In this document: piece by piece, positions 12,863 to 25,419 of the stretch
Numbering within the stretch: position 1 is the stretch's first letter
How the letters are laid out: every line of letters starts with the position of its first letter
Assembly: GCA_951406725.2 (NCBI GenBank)
Contig: OX597831.1
Coordinates: forward strand, 58,714,001 to 58,778,000
Direction: 5' to 3'
Source: Octopus vulgaris
Lineage: Eukaryota
DNA: 64,000 nucleotides
Made by a program: the position numbers and the translations under genes
Notes under the pieces: generated by a model
What the model was told of the DNA's origin: nothing
Database searches by the model: none
The model's input: only the letters and a program-made list of their open reading frames with translations

Positions 12863-14854
12863 GCATACATACATACATACATACATATATATATTTTGAT
12901 TGAGAACATTCTGATTCTTTTGAATAAATGCATTGCTAGAGACATTTCAATGTAGAGAAGAAAAAGTTAATTAAGATTTAACCTCAAGTACACACAATGC
13001 ACGATTATACAAGATTTATTATTGTTATATTAAGTGGCGAATACAGAAATGTGGCGGTCGAGTCTGTAATACAAACTGTCTATTCACTTTCGGTTTCTAC
13101 CATTTAAAAAAAGTTTTGTTTAAATTAAATGATAAATTACATCACCCATAAATTTTCCCTGTGATAAACCCCAAATATTGTCTGCGTAAATAATATTTAC
13201 AGCATTGTTATATCATTAAAACTGTATTTTTTGTGATAAAATATCAATAATAATTATAAAATAAAGCATTAAAGATTTTATGATTATTTTGACTAGACAT
13301 TTCTGTTAGATTCTGATATTATGTCAATCAAGTAACCTCTTGAAATATCAATATAAAAATCTTAATTGAAAGAGAAGTGTTAACAAATGAAAATAATAGA
13401 ATAAGAGAAGTAACAAACGATAATAAATTTATAAATATACAAAAAAGAATTATTGTAATAGTAATTTTTTTCCAGAAAAGTGTGTTATTTAGAGATAAAT
13501 CTGAGGCCGAATATTACGCATATAACTCTCTGTTTTATTTTATTCAATTCCGATTTTTAAATCCTCCTAAATCACACAGAACAGACTGCATTTTACGTAA
13601 GGATGTAAATTCCCAACCTAAGCGAGGATTTGAGAATCTTGTTATTTATATCAAAACAGCAAATGCCGAAAATTAACACTATATACCTAAATGAACTTTT
13701 AAATGGAATGCAGTAGGGTGCTAAACAATCAAGCAATTGTATGTTTCGCATTTTTACGCTATTCATACTTCCAGTCTATAGATCTTTAATTTAGGCCCAT
13801 ATCTTGTATAACAGTTGTGAGCTACAGTGCTTGTAATACTGTTGAATGATGAGTTGTTCTTCATTATGCCCTACTGAATCCAGTCACACTTGTCACACGT
13901 TGGCAAACAGGACCACAAGGTGTTACCTTGTGGTCCTATTTGCCATTTGCACGCAAAAATTTAAAACAATTGTTTATCATTCAATGAAATGGAGTAAAAG
14001 ATAGCAGCTTACTGAAACTTAAGTAAACGACTAGAGCTAAAGTGATTTTCTTTTTGTTTCCAATTTTGCGGTATAGATAATGTGTATATTATCTCGGTAC
14101 TCTTATTTTAAATACATTCACTGAATAAACTACGGCAATTTTTTATTAATGAAATTCCTGAGTTATCTTACGTAAAGCTAATAATTTTTAGGTCCGAAAA
14201 GACGCATCTGTCCATTCCCTATAATTGATAATATCTCTACTGACTTGTGATTAAATTATACTTGCTAATATAATCAGGTCGAAATTATTAATTGCCATTC
14301 AACATTCTTAGTTTATTGAAGTAAACAACAGTGCTTGTGGAAAGACGCCGATAATAGAGGTAGGAACATGGGCGTTTCATACGAGTAGTATGGGGGGAGA
14401 AACAGAGAGAAATAGAAAGAAAGAGGAATTGAAAGAGAAAGAGAAGAAGCAAGCGAAAACAAGAGTGAGATGAATGGAAGAGATGGGTTGTGAAGGAAGT
14501 TGAAGTATAAGAAAGGATTTAATGGATTAAGAAGAAATATCTAGGTAGAGGCACAATGTCCATTTAAATTTGTAGATAATATAGCACCAATTTCCAATTT
14601 CGATAGAATACGAAACATCTTTCCCTCCGTCCCCTTGATAACAGAGACCCATGGTTTCGAGAATTCGCATATTAATAAGGAAGCGATGCAATGGCCTGTA
14701 CTGTTGCTGTGTATGGTTGTGTCCTGACATAGGTATATACAATAATCTCTCGACTATCGTGGGTGTTACGTTCCAAAACCTCTTTCAGAAACAATTAAAA
14801 TCTAAAAAGATATAAATTCAGAAACCCGTGATATACTGAGGGCGCGATAGGTGA

Positions 14855-14898
<44 letters not shown>

Positions 14899-15462
14899 TC
14901 CAAAGCACACATATACGTACATCCATATATATATATATATATACAGAGAGAGGGAGAGAGAGAGGGTGAGAGAGAGAGAGCGAGAGAGAGAGAGAGCGAG
15001 AGAGAGAGAGCGAGAGAGAGAGAGTGTGTATGTGTGTGTGCTTAGCTTACCTGGTCGTAACCTGTGGTATATCTCCGCTGGATCTACTTCAGGAGTTCCG
15101 CAGTATTAGTTGAGCTAATAATAATCGATGAAGAAAAACGAAAGATGGATTTGGTATTAGTGTTTATTTAGTACGGCGATGATTTCAACCCCTCCTCCGA
15201 TTGTTCTTTATGGGTTGGATGTTATGCATCGAATTGTGTTGCATCGATCAGTGCAGCCTGGGTCACATCAGGTGCATGCATATATAAAGTGGTGTTCCGT
15301 TAAATATACTGATTTCTCGCAGTCATGTTGATCTCTTCCCGCTGTACCAGCGAATGAAGTTAGATACAGTTTTCTTTATAGTGAAATCGCTATAACAAAA
15401 TAATCGTAAACAAAAATATACACTATAAAAAAACATATAACAAAAATAGAGAGGATAAGACA

Positions 15463-18400
15463 TGTTGAGGAAGATTAGAGTGGATTAAGTTTAAAGTGAG
15501 GGACACCACACTTGTGTTGTGGTGAAATCCTGACACCTCAGTGGGATAGCAAGCAAACTATACTAAACCTTATAAAAGGCGCTTACGTACTGATAGTGCG
15601 ACGTACAGTGTGCTGTTTTTCTCTTCGGTTAAATCATTTTTGATCCCTGTTAGACGTTAGACGCCTTGTTACATATTTGCTGCAGGTCTCCCGTAAAGGT
15701 GAACCTCTTTGTTGAATTGCTGAATTACTGTTGCTGCTTTTTGCCTGCGGGCGTGTAATTTTGTATTTGTTTTCTTCCCCATTGATGGGTGAAGTGGAGA
15801 AAAAAAGGAAGAATGGAGTGCGAACCAGTTCCAGCACAGGCCAGCAGTTATGCTTCAGCCACTGCAAGAGGTTTAACTACTGACGCATTAGAGGTTCCAG
15901 AAGGGAAAATTGAGCCAATGAAACTAAAAGAATACAATTTAATTGAGAAGGAAGGAACGAGTTTGAGGTCGACCCCGCCGGAAGATTAAATAGTCAGCGT
16001 AACAAAGCGAACAGTGGTCTACAGAGCAGTCCACTTCAAACAAAATAAAAGAAAGAAAGAACCACATTGGAAGCCATAGAAGAGCGTTTAGAAGGGAAAA
16101 AACTTACAACATTCTACACGTGAGGGACAAAATACGACACAGTAGAGGTGAGGTTCGCTAACGAACAGGAAGCGATAAATCACTCCACTGTGGCGTTAAA
16201 GACGCAAGAGTGTGTACTTCTGCCAAAATTGGTGTGTTAAACGAGTGGCTAGAGTAAGGATAGGCAGAGTAATCCCCCGGAGATTATAGAGGCGCGGCTG
16301 GTGGCACTCATTGTGCATAATGTGGTGGAAGATGCGGAAATGTTAAAAGTAACGAGGACGAAAAAAGTAAACTGTGGGGTTATGTCTTTGAAAGGAACAT
16401 ACAAGACAGTCTACAGGACTTACACGAAATAGCGGAAGAAGTGATATTGCCGGACGACGTGAGATTAAGAGTAGTGGTAGAGGGAAGGCCACCAACCTGT
16501 TATCAATGTGAAGAGAGAGGACACATGAGAGCAAGGTGTACCCAGAAAGACAATAAAAGTGAAGAGGAACAACAGCAGAAGAGGGCCGAACAGGAACAGA
16601 CTGCTGAATTGGCGGTACTAGAAGTTGAGTAGGACACGGAAGAAGCGGAAGATGCATTCACGGTGGTGAACATAAAAAAGAGAAACAAACGCGATAACTC
16701 ACCGCCAAAGAGTCCGTAAAAGAAAAACAGGAGGAATAAATGGATATGATAGAGCTGGTGGCAAAGAAGTACACCAGCATCACCAACAAACGTACAAAAA
16801 AGGGAGGAAGAAATGGACGCTAGAGAGTGCTTGCAGCAAGGATGTGAAATAGAATTACCAAGACAAAAAAGGGAAGCTTGCCCGGACAACCCAGGTGTGC
16901 ATCAGAAAGGAGCAGTCGAGAAGCTGAAGAAGAACAAGTGGTATATGCTGACATACGCAAGAAGTACGGCCATAGAGAGGAGAATTACAAAATTCAAATT
17001 AGTATTAAAGGCAACATTACCAGCGGAGCTGTATACAGAAAATGTAAAAGGAATTGTGATAGACTGAAAGAGGTACGGATTTGTTCGGAAACAGCATAGA
17101 CCCATTGGGAATAGCGGTGGAATTTGATGAACTAATGCCTGTTGTGGAGTACAAAGATTTCGAACCATTCAAGAACTTCTAAAAAGACGTTAAAAGGCTA
17201 AAAGGAAAACATGAGAGACAAAAAGAAGGGAAAAATGATATAAAAGCGTTAAATTAAAACATTTAAATGATACTGCTTGCGAGTGGGGTGCATGCAACCA
17301 TTTCATCTTCATTAATTATTGTTCATCTTTCATTCATTCGTTTTATGATTTTTGTCCCGGCTATGGTGTTCTGTCTGTCATGGCCTGGGTGCCAAATAAA
17401 AGAAATTGTACAGTGTGTTGTGGGCATTTGTAAAGACAGCCGTAGAAATCGTTGAGGCGAGATATAAGTTTGCTATGTGTTTGTTACCGATTTAGTTTTC
17501 TAGTGTGATAACACTGTTGCAGTTTAGTCTATATCAAAACTCAAGAATATAATAGTGGCGACGAGACATTCAAAACACACTGTGGACGTTCTTTGCATGA
17601 AATATCTATTAGCTTCCGTGGTACAGTTACACCGGCAACTACAACAACAACAACAGGAACAACAGCAACAGTTGCAACGGCAATTACAACTGCAACAAGA
17701 AGAACAGAAACAACAACAACAACAGCAAAATCAAAGGTTGTTGAAATTATTGTTGCAGTCAAAAAACACTTCAGGTTCGTTTTCGGCAGACGGGGTTACT
17801 AATTCAATTGAAGAATTTACTTATAATCATCCAGAAGAAAGGATTACGTTTTCGGCATACTGCTGAAGGTATGAAAGAATCTTCAAAGACGAATGTAGGA
17901 AATGGACGGACGAAATGAAGGTACGACTTCATTTCAGGAAATTATCACTCGCAGAACATGAAAAGCATAGTAATTATATTCTGGCGAGAAATTTGTTCCG
18001 AGGAAACAATTATTCTGTTATCTAAAGTATTCAGTGAAAGAGGTTCACTATTTAATATTCGCTGAGAGAGTTTGAATTTTTTTTAAAAAGTGAAGATTTC
18101 GTCACGTATGCCGAATTCGTAAATAGAGAATGTGAAAAATCTAAACTAAACGAAATAATCCCGGACATGTTCAAATGTCAAATATTTGTACAAGGATTAA
18201 CTACAAGCAAAAATGCAGAGATAAGGACTTAGATATTAACAAAGCTAGAACAAGATTCGAAACTAAAGCTAGAGGCAGTGCCTGAAGAATGTTAAAGGAT
18301 TATATGCTTACACAAGGACGCAGAAAAAATTGCAAAAGATTATTCAAATATAGATGCGTGTCCACCTGTAACAGATAAGAAAAAAGAAAAGTAACGGTCA

Positions 18401-18520
18401 AGACCCAAACCATGCTATGAGTGTCTGGAGAAATACATTTTAAAAGAAACTGTACTTTTAAAAATCTAGAATGCTTTGGATATGGAAAATCGGACATAAG
18501 AATTTACATTGTTAGGTGAA
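15463..18520 (+). mobile_element. Decayed Ty3/Gypsy (Mag-like) LTR retrotransposon: interrupted 5' LTR, PBS, gag pseudogene
   Basis: PBS-like TGGCGACGAG at 17556-17565; gag-like translation with stops and frameshifts (poly-Q, SIEEFTY...ITFSAY, EDFVTYAEFVNRECEK, FKCQIFVQGL); TATAAAA at ~15571. LTR start is uncertain (15463 or 15515). Confidence 0.75.
15617..17407 (+). mobile_element. ORF1-only LINE-like insert (L1/Tx1-type gag-like ORF1, pseudogenised)
   Basis: RLRVVVEGRPPTCYQCEERGHMRARC (CCHC knuckle) at ~16460-16540; ends AATAAAAGAAA; flanked by GTACAGTGTG(C/T)TGT at 15603-15616 and 17408-17421. Confidence 0.72.
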
Positions 18521-18727
18521 ACAAAAAAGGTCGAACGAAACATATTCGAGAAAATAAGTATTGTTAACACTAATGCAAAAAACAAATGCTGTCTCCATAA
18601 AAATAAATGTGAATACAACGCTACAGTTGGACATTTAACGATGATAGATAGAGAAAAATAGGAAAGCCTACATTGAAAAGACCTTCGAAAATTTCACAAA
18701 TTCATACATGGAAGGAAATTCAGGATG

Positions 18728-19010
18728 TTTTCGGTTTGAACGGCAGTTTGTTCTAGCGGTGTCATATGAAATTGTCACCCATAATTATGACCCTACTATC
18801 GATCTATTGCATTTCAATCTGTTTTAGGGTTCGGGTTAGTTAGGGTTAGGGTTAGGGGTGGGGGAAGGGTATTTTTTTCTTGAGAAATGTAAATAAACCC
18901 AATCTGTTTCTTATACGAGGGACACATTCATATGGCACAGAATGTTTTCACCTCAAGACGTCATTGATTGGTTGAAATTGCAGAAATTGAAGAAAGAAAA
19001 CAACAAATAT
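18728..19010 (+). mobile_element. TTAGGG-containing TIR element, truncated copy
   Basis: Starts TTTTCGGTTTGAACGGCAG; internal (TTAGGG)n; matches 34040-34420. Confidence 0.8.
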
Positions 19011-19845
19011 CTAAGCATAGTGACCGCCGTGCTAACGACTCTGCCGGCTCGCCGCCTTATTAGCCTCGCCATATTAAATGTGAATTTATTGCAATTGCCT
19101 TACTGGTTTTTGCTCAGGTGTAGTACTAGAGTAATTGTGATGCAAGCTATCGATTCCATTTCAGTTGTGATTAGTGATGCGTTGTTTATATAATAAAATA
19201 ATGAATTACAGCACACGAATTTTGTTTTTGAACAATCTGAAATATTATGTCTGTATAAATAAATTTGTTGCATTGTTATATCATTAACACGTTGTGCTAT
19301 TGATAACACTACGATAATAATTACGAAGGAAAATATTGAAGATTTTTGCGATTGCTTTGACTAGACATTTTTGTTAGATTCTGCTATTATGTCAGTTGAG
19401 TATCCTCTTGAATTATCGATTCCAAATGATAACCTAAACATAAAAGTTAGAAAACAAACGTAAAAAATATACAACAAAAGAAACACAATAGTAAATATTT
19501 AGAAAAAACTATTTGATAAACTGAACGAGGATATTGAGCATATGTGCTTTTATGTGCGGTTTTTTTAGTTACATTAAAATTGCACAGCAAAACGATTTAA
19601 TTCATATACAATTTACCACTGGTGAAATGATATGATGTAGTAGAACCATTACAAATGCCTAAAGAAAAAATTGTAATATATGTAGAAATTTGGCCAGATA
19701 CGACATTGTTCGGTTATATATATATATATATATATATATAGATTTAACTGGGCTCTATTAGAGCCTCACTGAGTCTCTGTTAGAGCGCTGATTAGTTGTG
19801 TATATGATGAGAGACGTAAGATGGAAGATTCGAGAGCTTTTATAA

Positions 19846-20414
19846 ATCGATCCTGCACGGGTGGGGTACTTAGCAACTAGTCCAGGAGCATCCGAAGGTG
19901 CAGATGTGCCATTTCGGGTGATAAAGAGATACAACTCATTAAAATAACACCTTAAAATATAACTCGTTAAAAATGACCTTAAAATAACAGTTCCGCAATG
20001 TATCGTCTCACTTCTGGCGGAGAAAAGCAGCAAATTAATGGATATAGGTTCATTTATATAGAAAATCAATAATGAAAACGCAGATGTTTAAATGAGCAAG
20101 TACATGTGCGTTATACAAGCAAAGTTAGGGCGTTTAAAGATTCTTGAACGGTTATATTTAGTACTTTTTTCGCTGTATTGCGTATTGGTTTCTGTTTTGC
20201 ATCTGCCTTTCTTTATTAATGATCTTCTATATAAATGAAGCGTTATCCTTTAATTTGCTGATTTTCTTCGTAAGAACTGAGAAGTTACATTGCGGATCCG
20301 TTATGTTAAGGTGTTATTTTAACGAGTTATATCGGTTTATCATCCGAAGAAACACATCTGCAGAGTCGGATTCTCCACTATTGTTTGTTAAGTATTCAAC
20401 CCGTGAGGGATCGA
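19846..20414. repeat. Diverged ~230 bp inverted repeat followed by an HHR 3' half
   Basis: 19846-20086 is the reverse complement of 20200-20414, giving the mirrored MIFYINE ORFs; GAAACGATTGTA at ~20428. Confidence 0.8.
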
Positions 20415-20527
20415 TGCTAGATGTGCCGAAACGATTGTAGTGATTAATAAAAAACACTCGTATCTTTCATATTCCGACTCTCATTAACCATATACATAAC
20501 GAACCATTCGTTTTATTATCTAATATC

Positions 20528-20528
<1 letters not shown>

Positions 20529-20592
<64 letters not shown>

Positions 20593-20829
20593 TTAATAAT
20601 AATAATAATAACAATGACGATGATAATAATAATAATGATAATGATAATAATGATGATGACGATGATGATGATGATACTAATAATAATAATAATAATGATG
20701 ATGATAATAATATTAATAATAATAATAATGATGATGATAACAATAATAATAATAATAATAATAACGATAATAATGATGATGACGATGATAACAATAATAA
20801 TAATAATGATAATAATGATGATGACGATG

Positions 20830-20881
<52 letters not shown>

Positions 20882-20889
20882 GAAGAAGA
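20529..20889. repeat. (TAA)n/(TGA)n microsatellite, 5' flank of the Dong element
   Basis: Direct reading. Confidence 0.97.
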
Positions 20890-21455
20890 AGAAATAAGCT
20901 CCGGGCTGAAAGAAATAAGCTCCGGGCTGAATAACAACATGGATGTTCCCTGGGAGCCTCTCTCCAAAAAACGAATTTAATCCAACAACATCGTTACAAT
21001 GGAAGAAAGGTTCCACAAAATATCTTTTCCAAATTTTCTTTTAAGGCAAAGTAACTAAAAAGTCCGAACTATTATTGCCATATATAGTATGGTTTTCTTT
21101 CTTTTATGCACAATATTTCCATGTGACATGCATAAGAAATAGAAGCGAACATCAGAGCTCTTGAAAGACAGTAAGTACATAAATTGATTAATTAATTAAT
21201 TAATTAAATAAGTATACATGCAACTGTTTATGCATACACGTACACATTTTAATTATAAAGTATACATGCAACTGTTTGTGCATACATGTACACATTTTAA
21301 TTATAAAGCATAAATAATGCATACACGCGCTCACACGTACACACAGAAAGAAAAACCACGTTACGCGGACGAAAACAAAACAAAAAGCGATTTTTCACGA
21401 ACAAACGCAAAAAAGAGAAAATTGGTCACTGAATTTAGAAAGTCACTACACAGTT

Positions 21456-24308
21456 ATGCCCGGAAACATGACTACCAAAAGAAATAGAGGCGAATTTCGA
21501 TCTGTAAGTCTTATGCGAGTTCGATATGAACAATATATTAATTCGGAGAATTCAGAAGCGGTGTTTTGTCAAAAAATTGACCCTGTCACCGTCACAGAAG
21601 CGGCGTCTTGTCAAAAAGTTGACTCTGAAAAAATTGACCCCTCTGATGTCGCCGTCAATCATTTAATGAAAACAAGCCAAAAATCATGCCGGATCGGTCA
21701 TCGCCCGGGACAACAAGGACCGCGTTACCCAGTAGGGAACCAGACTGGGGTCGAAAAGTTTGCTGCTGGAACAAACTCTCAAAAAGACGATCTACCAGGT
21801 GACCAGAACCAGAATACTTCTAACTCTGGACTTGTAGTGACACCACCAAAAACACCACCTAAAGCAAAACGTATAAAATGGACCAGAGAGGACTATAGAG
21901 ATGTGTTGAAAGCTTTTTATACAGCCCAACTAAACCCAAACAATAACCTCAGTGTACAAACATACATCTCATGGAGAAATTCAGTAGGCAATGACGTACG
22001 TAGATATATAGACGCAAATAAATTAAGTAATGTACGCAGAGATATAATTAAAAACAAAAGACTAACTGACGCTGAAATTGACAAAATTAGGACACTAATA
22101 GCTCATGGTAGACCAAAAGAAAACAGCAACAATGTAGACGAAATAGGTAATAGTAGCACAGAAGCCAGTGTACAAGCGGCAAATCAACTTCCCAATGGGG
22201 AAGTTAAACAAAGAATAGCGAAGACGAGAGATTTGAAAAAAGAGGAGAACGTAGACCTTCCTCAAGAAAACCAAAATAGATATGACATAGAATTTGAGGT
22301 GAATAATAGAGAAAAGATTATGGAAGCAAAAGTGGACATTATGAGAGAACTCGGCAAGATTGAGCTCACTGACATGGTTAATAGAGAACCACTACCAAAG
22401 TTTTCAAATGGCACAAGAAATAACAACACAATAATGACATATAACGTTGCCCTAGGACAGATCTTAAGAAATAAGGGGAATGATTTGACAACCTTAAATA
22501 ATCTCATTTATTCCACTGCTAAAGTAGTAACTACCCAACTAGGTATTAAGATGACAAAGAAAAAGGCCAGGCATGTCAATGAACCTCCTAAGTGGAAAGT
22601 AGCGATACAAAAAGAGATTGAATCTCTGCGGGCGGATGTTTCAGTTCTCGATGAGCTTGCTAGAGGAGTGAATATTAAGCCGAGAAAAGCTAGAAAAATC
22701 AAGCAAAAATATAAAATCAAAGATCTCATAAACCTCCCTGCAACTAAGGAACTGTTGAAACAACGGATACAGTTGAAAGCTCAACGGCTTAGAAGGTATG
22801 ACAAAAGAAACAAATTTTATCGACAAAATAAATTTTTTAAGACAGATGCAAAGAAATTTTATAGGGAAATTGGCAAAAATAAAATACACATAGAAGATCC
22901 ACCTAAGATTGAGGAAGTGGAGGAGTTCTGGAAGAAGGTATGGAGCAACGAAAAAGAGTTTAATGCTGAGGCTGACTGGATAGAACGTGAGAAAGAGAGA
23001 CTGGATGAACTTGAAGAACAGAAATGGGAAGCAATAGGGATAGAGGAGCTAAGGTGTGTCCTTAGGAAGGCTCATAAATGGAAAACCCCAGGACTGGATC
23101 GGATCCCTAACTTCTGGCTGAATTGTTTGACAGAGGTACACGAACATCTCGCTGCATCTCTGTCTGATGTCATTCAGAACCCAGAGCAAATACCTGCTTG
23201 GCTGACTGAAGGAACCACCTACCTATTACCTAAAACCGAAGACACAAAAAACCCAAAGAATTACCGGCCAATAACATGTCTCAACACCACCTACAAAATC
23301 CTCACATCCATAATAACGGAGAGAATGTACGCTTTCCTTGAACAAAATTCTATCCTTCCACAAGCTCAAAAAGGTTGTAAAAGAAACTCTTATGGGTGCA
23401 AAGACCAATTGCTCATAAACAGAATGATTGTAGAGAATTGCCGGAGCAAAAACAAAAACCTGAGTATGGCATGGATAGACTACAGGAAAGCGTATGACAG
23501 TGTCCCACATAAATGGATACTCAAGGCCCTTGAGATATACAAGATCTCCCCTGTCGTCTCAAAATTCTTAGAGAATAGCATGACCATGTGGAACACACGT
23601 CTCTTTCTAAGCCATAGTAATGGGATGAGCCAGTCCAACAGCATCAACATCAAACGAGGCATCTTTCAAGGTGACTCCCTCTCTCCATTACTTTTTTGCA
23701 TGGCACTGATCCCACTCTCAAACGAATTGGATAGTGCCAGATATGGGTACAAAGTTTTTAGCAAGTTAATAAACCACCTTTTTTATATGGACGATCTAAA
23801 GCTGTTTGCCAAGAATGACCAAGAGCTAGAAGGGCTGCTAACAACTGTTAAAGAGTTTAGCAATGATATCGGAATGGATTTTGGCCTTGATAAGTGTGCT
23901 AAAGCAACTTTTGTAAGAGGCAAGCTCAGGCAAACAGCTTCTGTTAAATTAGATATTGACACTACCATCAAGGAACTTGACCCACAAGAAAGCTACAAAT
24001 ACCTAGGAATCAACGAAGGAGATGGTATACATCATGCTACTATGAAGGAAAAAATAAGAAAGGAGTACTATAGGAGAATAAGGCTTGTACTGAAGACTGA
24101 ACTCAACTCCAAAAATTGCATTGAGGCCATTAACACCCTGGCACTTCCAGTAGTCCAGTACAGTTTTAACATCATTAACTGGAACCTTACGGAACTCCAA
24201 CGCTTGGACAGGAAGACAAGAAAGTTACTGACATCCAGGAGCATGCACCACCCTAAGGCAGATGTAGACCGCTTGTACCTACCTAGAAGCAGCGGGGGAG
24301 AGGAATGA
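21456..24308 (+). CDS. R4/Dong polyprotein, N-terminal part with reverse transcriptase
   Basis: KTPGLDRI, NYRPITCL, WIDYRKAYDSVPH, GIFQGDSLSPLLF, HLFYMDDLKLF, YKYLG; ends LYLPRSSGG at the frameshift. Confidence 0.93.
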   Translation: MPGNMTTKRNRGEFRSVSLMRVRYEQYINSENSEAVFCQKIDPVTVTEAASCQKVDSEKIDPSDVAVNHLMKTSQKSCRIGHRPGQQGPRYPVGNQTGVEKFAAGTNSQKDDLPGDQNQNTSNSGLVVTPPKTPPKAKRIKWTREDYRDVLKAFYTAQLNPNNNLSVQTYISWRNSVGNDVRRYIDANKLSNVRRDIIKNKRLTDAEIDKIRTLIAHGRPKENSNNVDEIGNSSTEASVQAANQLPNGEVKQRIAKTRDLKKEENVDLPQENQNRYDIEFEVNNREKIMEAKVDIMRELGKIELTDMVNREPLPKFSNGTRNNNTIMTYNVALGQILRNKGNDLTTLNNLIYSTAKVVTTQLGIKMTKKKARHVNEPPKWKVAIQKEIESLRADVSVLDELARGVNIKPRKARKIKQKYKIKDLINLPATKELLKQRIQLKAQRLRRYDKRNKFYRQNKFFKTDAKKFYREIGKNKIHIEDPPKIEEVEEFWKKVWSNEKEFNAEADWIEREKERLDELEEQKWEAIGIEELRCVLRKAHKWKTPGLDRIPNFWLNCLTEVHEHLAASLSDVIQNPEQIPAWLTEGTTYLLPKTEDTKNPKNYRPITCLNTTYKILTSIITERMYAFLEQNSILPQAQKGCKRNSYGCKDQLLINRMIVENCRSKNKNLSMAWIDYRKAYDSVPHKWILKALEIYKISPVVSKFLENSMTMWNTRLFLSHSNGMSQSNSINIKRGIFQGDSLSPLLFCMALIPLSNELDSARYGYKVFSKLINHLFYMDDLKLFAKNDQELEGLLTTVKEFSNDIGMDFGLDKCAKATFVRGKLRQTASVKLDIDTTIKELDPQESYKYLGINEGDGIHHATMKEKIRKEYYRRIRLVLKTELNSKNCIEAINTLALPVVQYSFNIINWNLTELQRLDRKTRKLLTSRSMHHPKADVDRLYLPRSSGGEE

Positions 24309-25336
24309 TGCAATTGGAGCTGTGCTATAAGACCTCTACTGTAGGAATGAACAGGTACCTATCTAGTACAAACGACTGGATGCTGCGACTTGTGTGTGAA
24401 CACGAAAGCAGCAAAAAGCTGCATTCTATTGTCAAGGAAGCTTATAAGTTCGAAAGGGAACTAGGCATTAACCTTGAATCAGGTGAAGAGCCAGAAACCA
24501 CTGCTACCAAGCAAGCAAAGCGAATCAGGCAGACTGCAAAAAAGAATGGGCAGAATCAAATTGAGAGGCGGTGGAGCCAGAAGCCCCTGCATGGACAATA
24601 CATTCTCCGAAGCCAAAATGCTGATGTAGACCAAGCAACAACCCATCAGTGGCTGAAGAGTTCTGGATTGAAAGCAGAGACTGAAGGCTTCATAATGGCA
24701 GCACAAGATCAAAGCTTGTTTACCAGAAATTACCAGGCTAACGTTCTCCGAAACGGTACTGACCCTAAATGCAGATTCTGTGACACATTTGACGAAACAA
24801 TAGACCATCTCGTTTCGGGATGTCCTGTGCTGACACCAAACGAATACAAAAATCGCCACGATAGGGTAGGACAGTATATACATTGGAAGATATGTAAACA
24901 CTACAAATCCGACACTCCTGCTAACTGGTATGAACACCATCCTCAGCCAGTTGTTGAAGGTAAAGATGTCACCATCCTCTGGGATTTTCCAGTCAACACT
25001 GACAGAACGATCAAGGCTAATCGACCAGACATAATTGTTAAAGACAGGGAAGAAAATACCTGCAGACTAATAGAAGTAAGCGTCCCCACTGATAAAAATG
25101 TATCTGTCAAGGAATTTGACAAACTTAGTAAATATAAGGACCTGGAAATCAAAATACAGAGGATGTGGAATCTTAAAACAAAAACTGTTCCTGTTATTGT
25201 AGGTGCCCTAGGTATGATAAAAAAGGGATGTCAGAAACACCTAGACAATATCCCTGGAAAACCATGTCTCAAGGAAATCCAAAAGATTGTGCTAACAAGT
25301 ACTGCCCACATCCTTAGAAAAACCCTATCAATGTAA
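24305..25336 (+). CDS. R4/Dong polyprotein, C-terminal part: CCHC finger and restriction-like endonuclease (frameshifted continuation)
   Basis: CRFCDTFDETIDHLVSGC, RHD, RPDII...LIEVSVP, KLSKY motifs. Confidence 0.9.
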   Translation: MMQLELCYKTSTVGMNRYLSSTNDWMLRLVCEHESSKKLHSIVKEAYKFERELGINLESGEEPETTATKQAKRIRQTAKKNGQNQIERRWSQKPLHGQYILRSQNADVDQATTHQWLKSSGLKAETEGFIMAAQDQSLFTRNYQANVLRNGTDPKCRFCDTFDETIDHLVSGCPVLTPNEYKNRHDRVGQYIHWKICKHYKSDTPANWYEHHPQPVVEGKDVTILWDFPVNTDRTIKANRPDIIVKDREENTCRLIEVSVPTDKNVSVKEFDKLSKYKDLEIKIQRMWNLKTKTVPVIVGALGMIKKGCQKHLDNIPGKPCLKEIQKIVLTSTAHILRKTLSM

Positions 25337-25419
25337 ATGTTTGTGTTTGTATTACATGGAGATATTTCTCTACTTCCCCTCCCCAAGCTTTCAGCTATAT
25401 TTCAACAACTCTTAACCTT

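Noticed and set aside
19758-20440. Divergent paralogous ORF pair starting MIFYINE
   Set aside because: By-product of the inverted repeat; no coding evidence.
20890-20931. CRISPR-like direct repeats (also the 22-bp pair at 35423-35466)
   Set aside because: Two adjacent units with no spacer in a eukaryotic context; simple tandem duplications.
22262-25152. Minus-strand ORFs inside the Dong element
   Set aside because: Antisense shadows of the plus-strand coding sequence.
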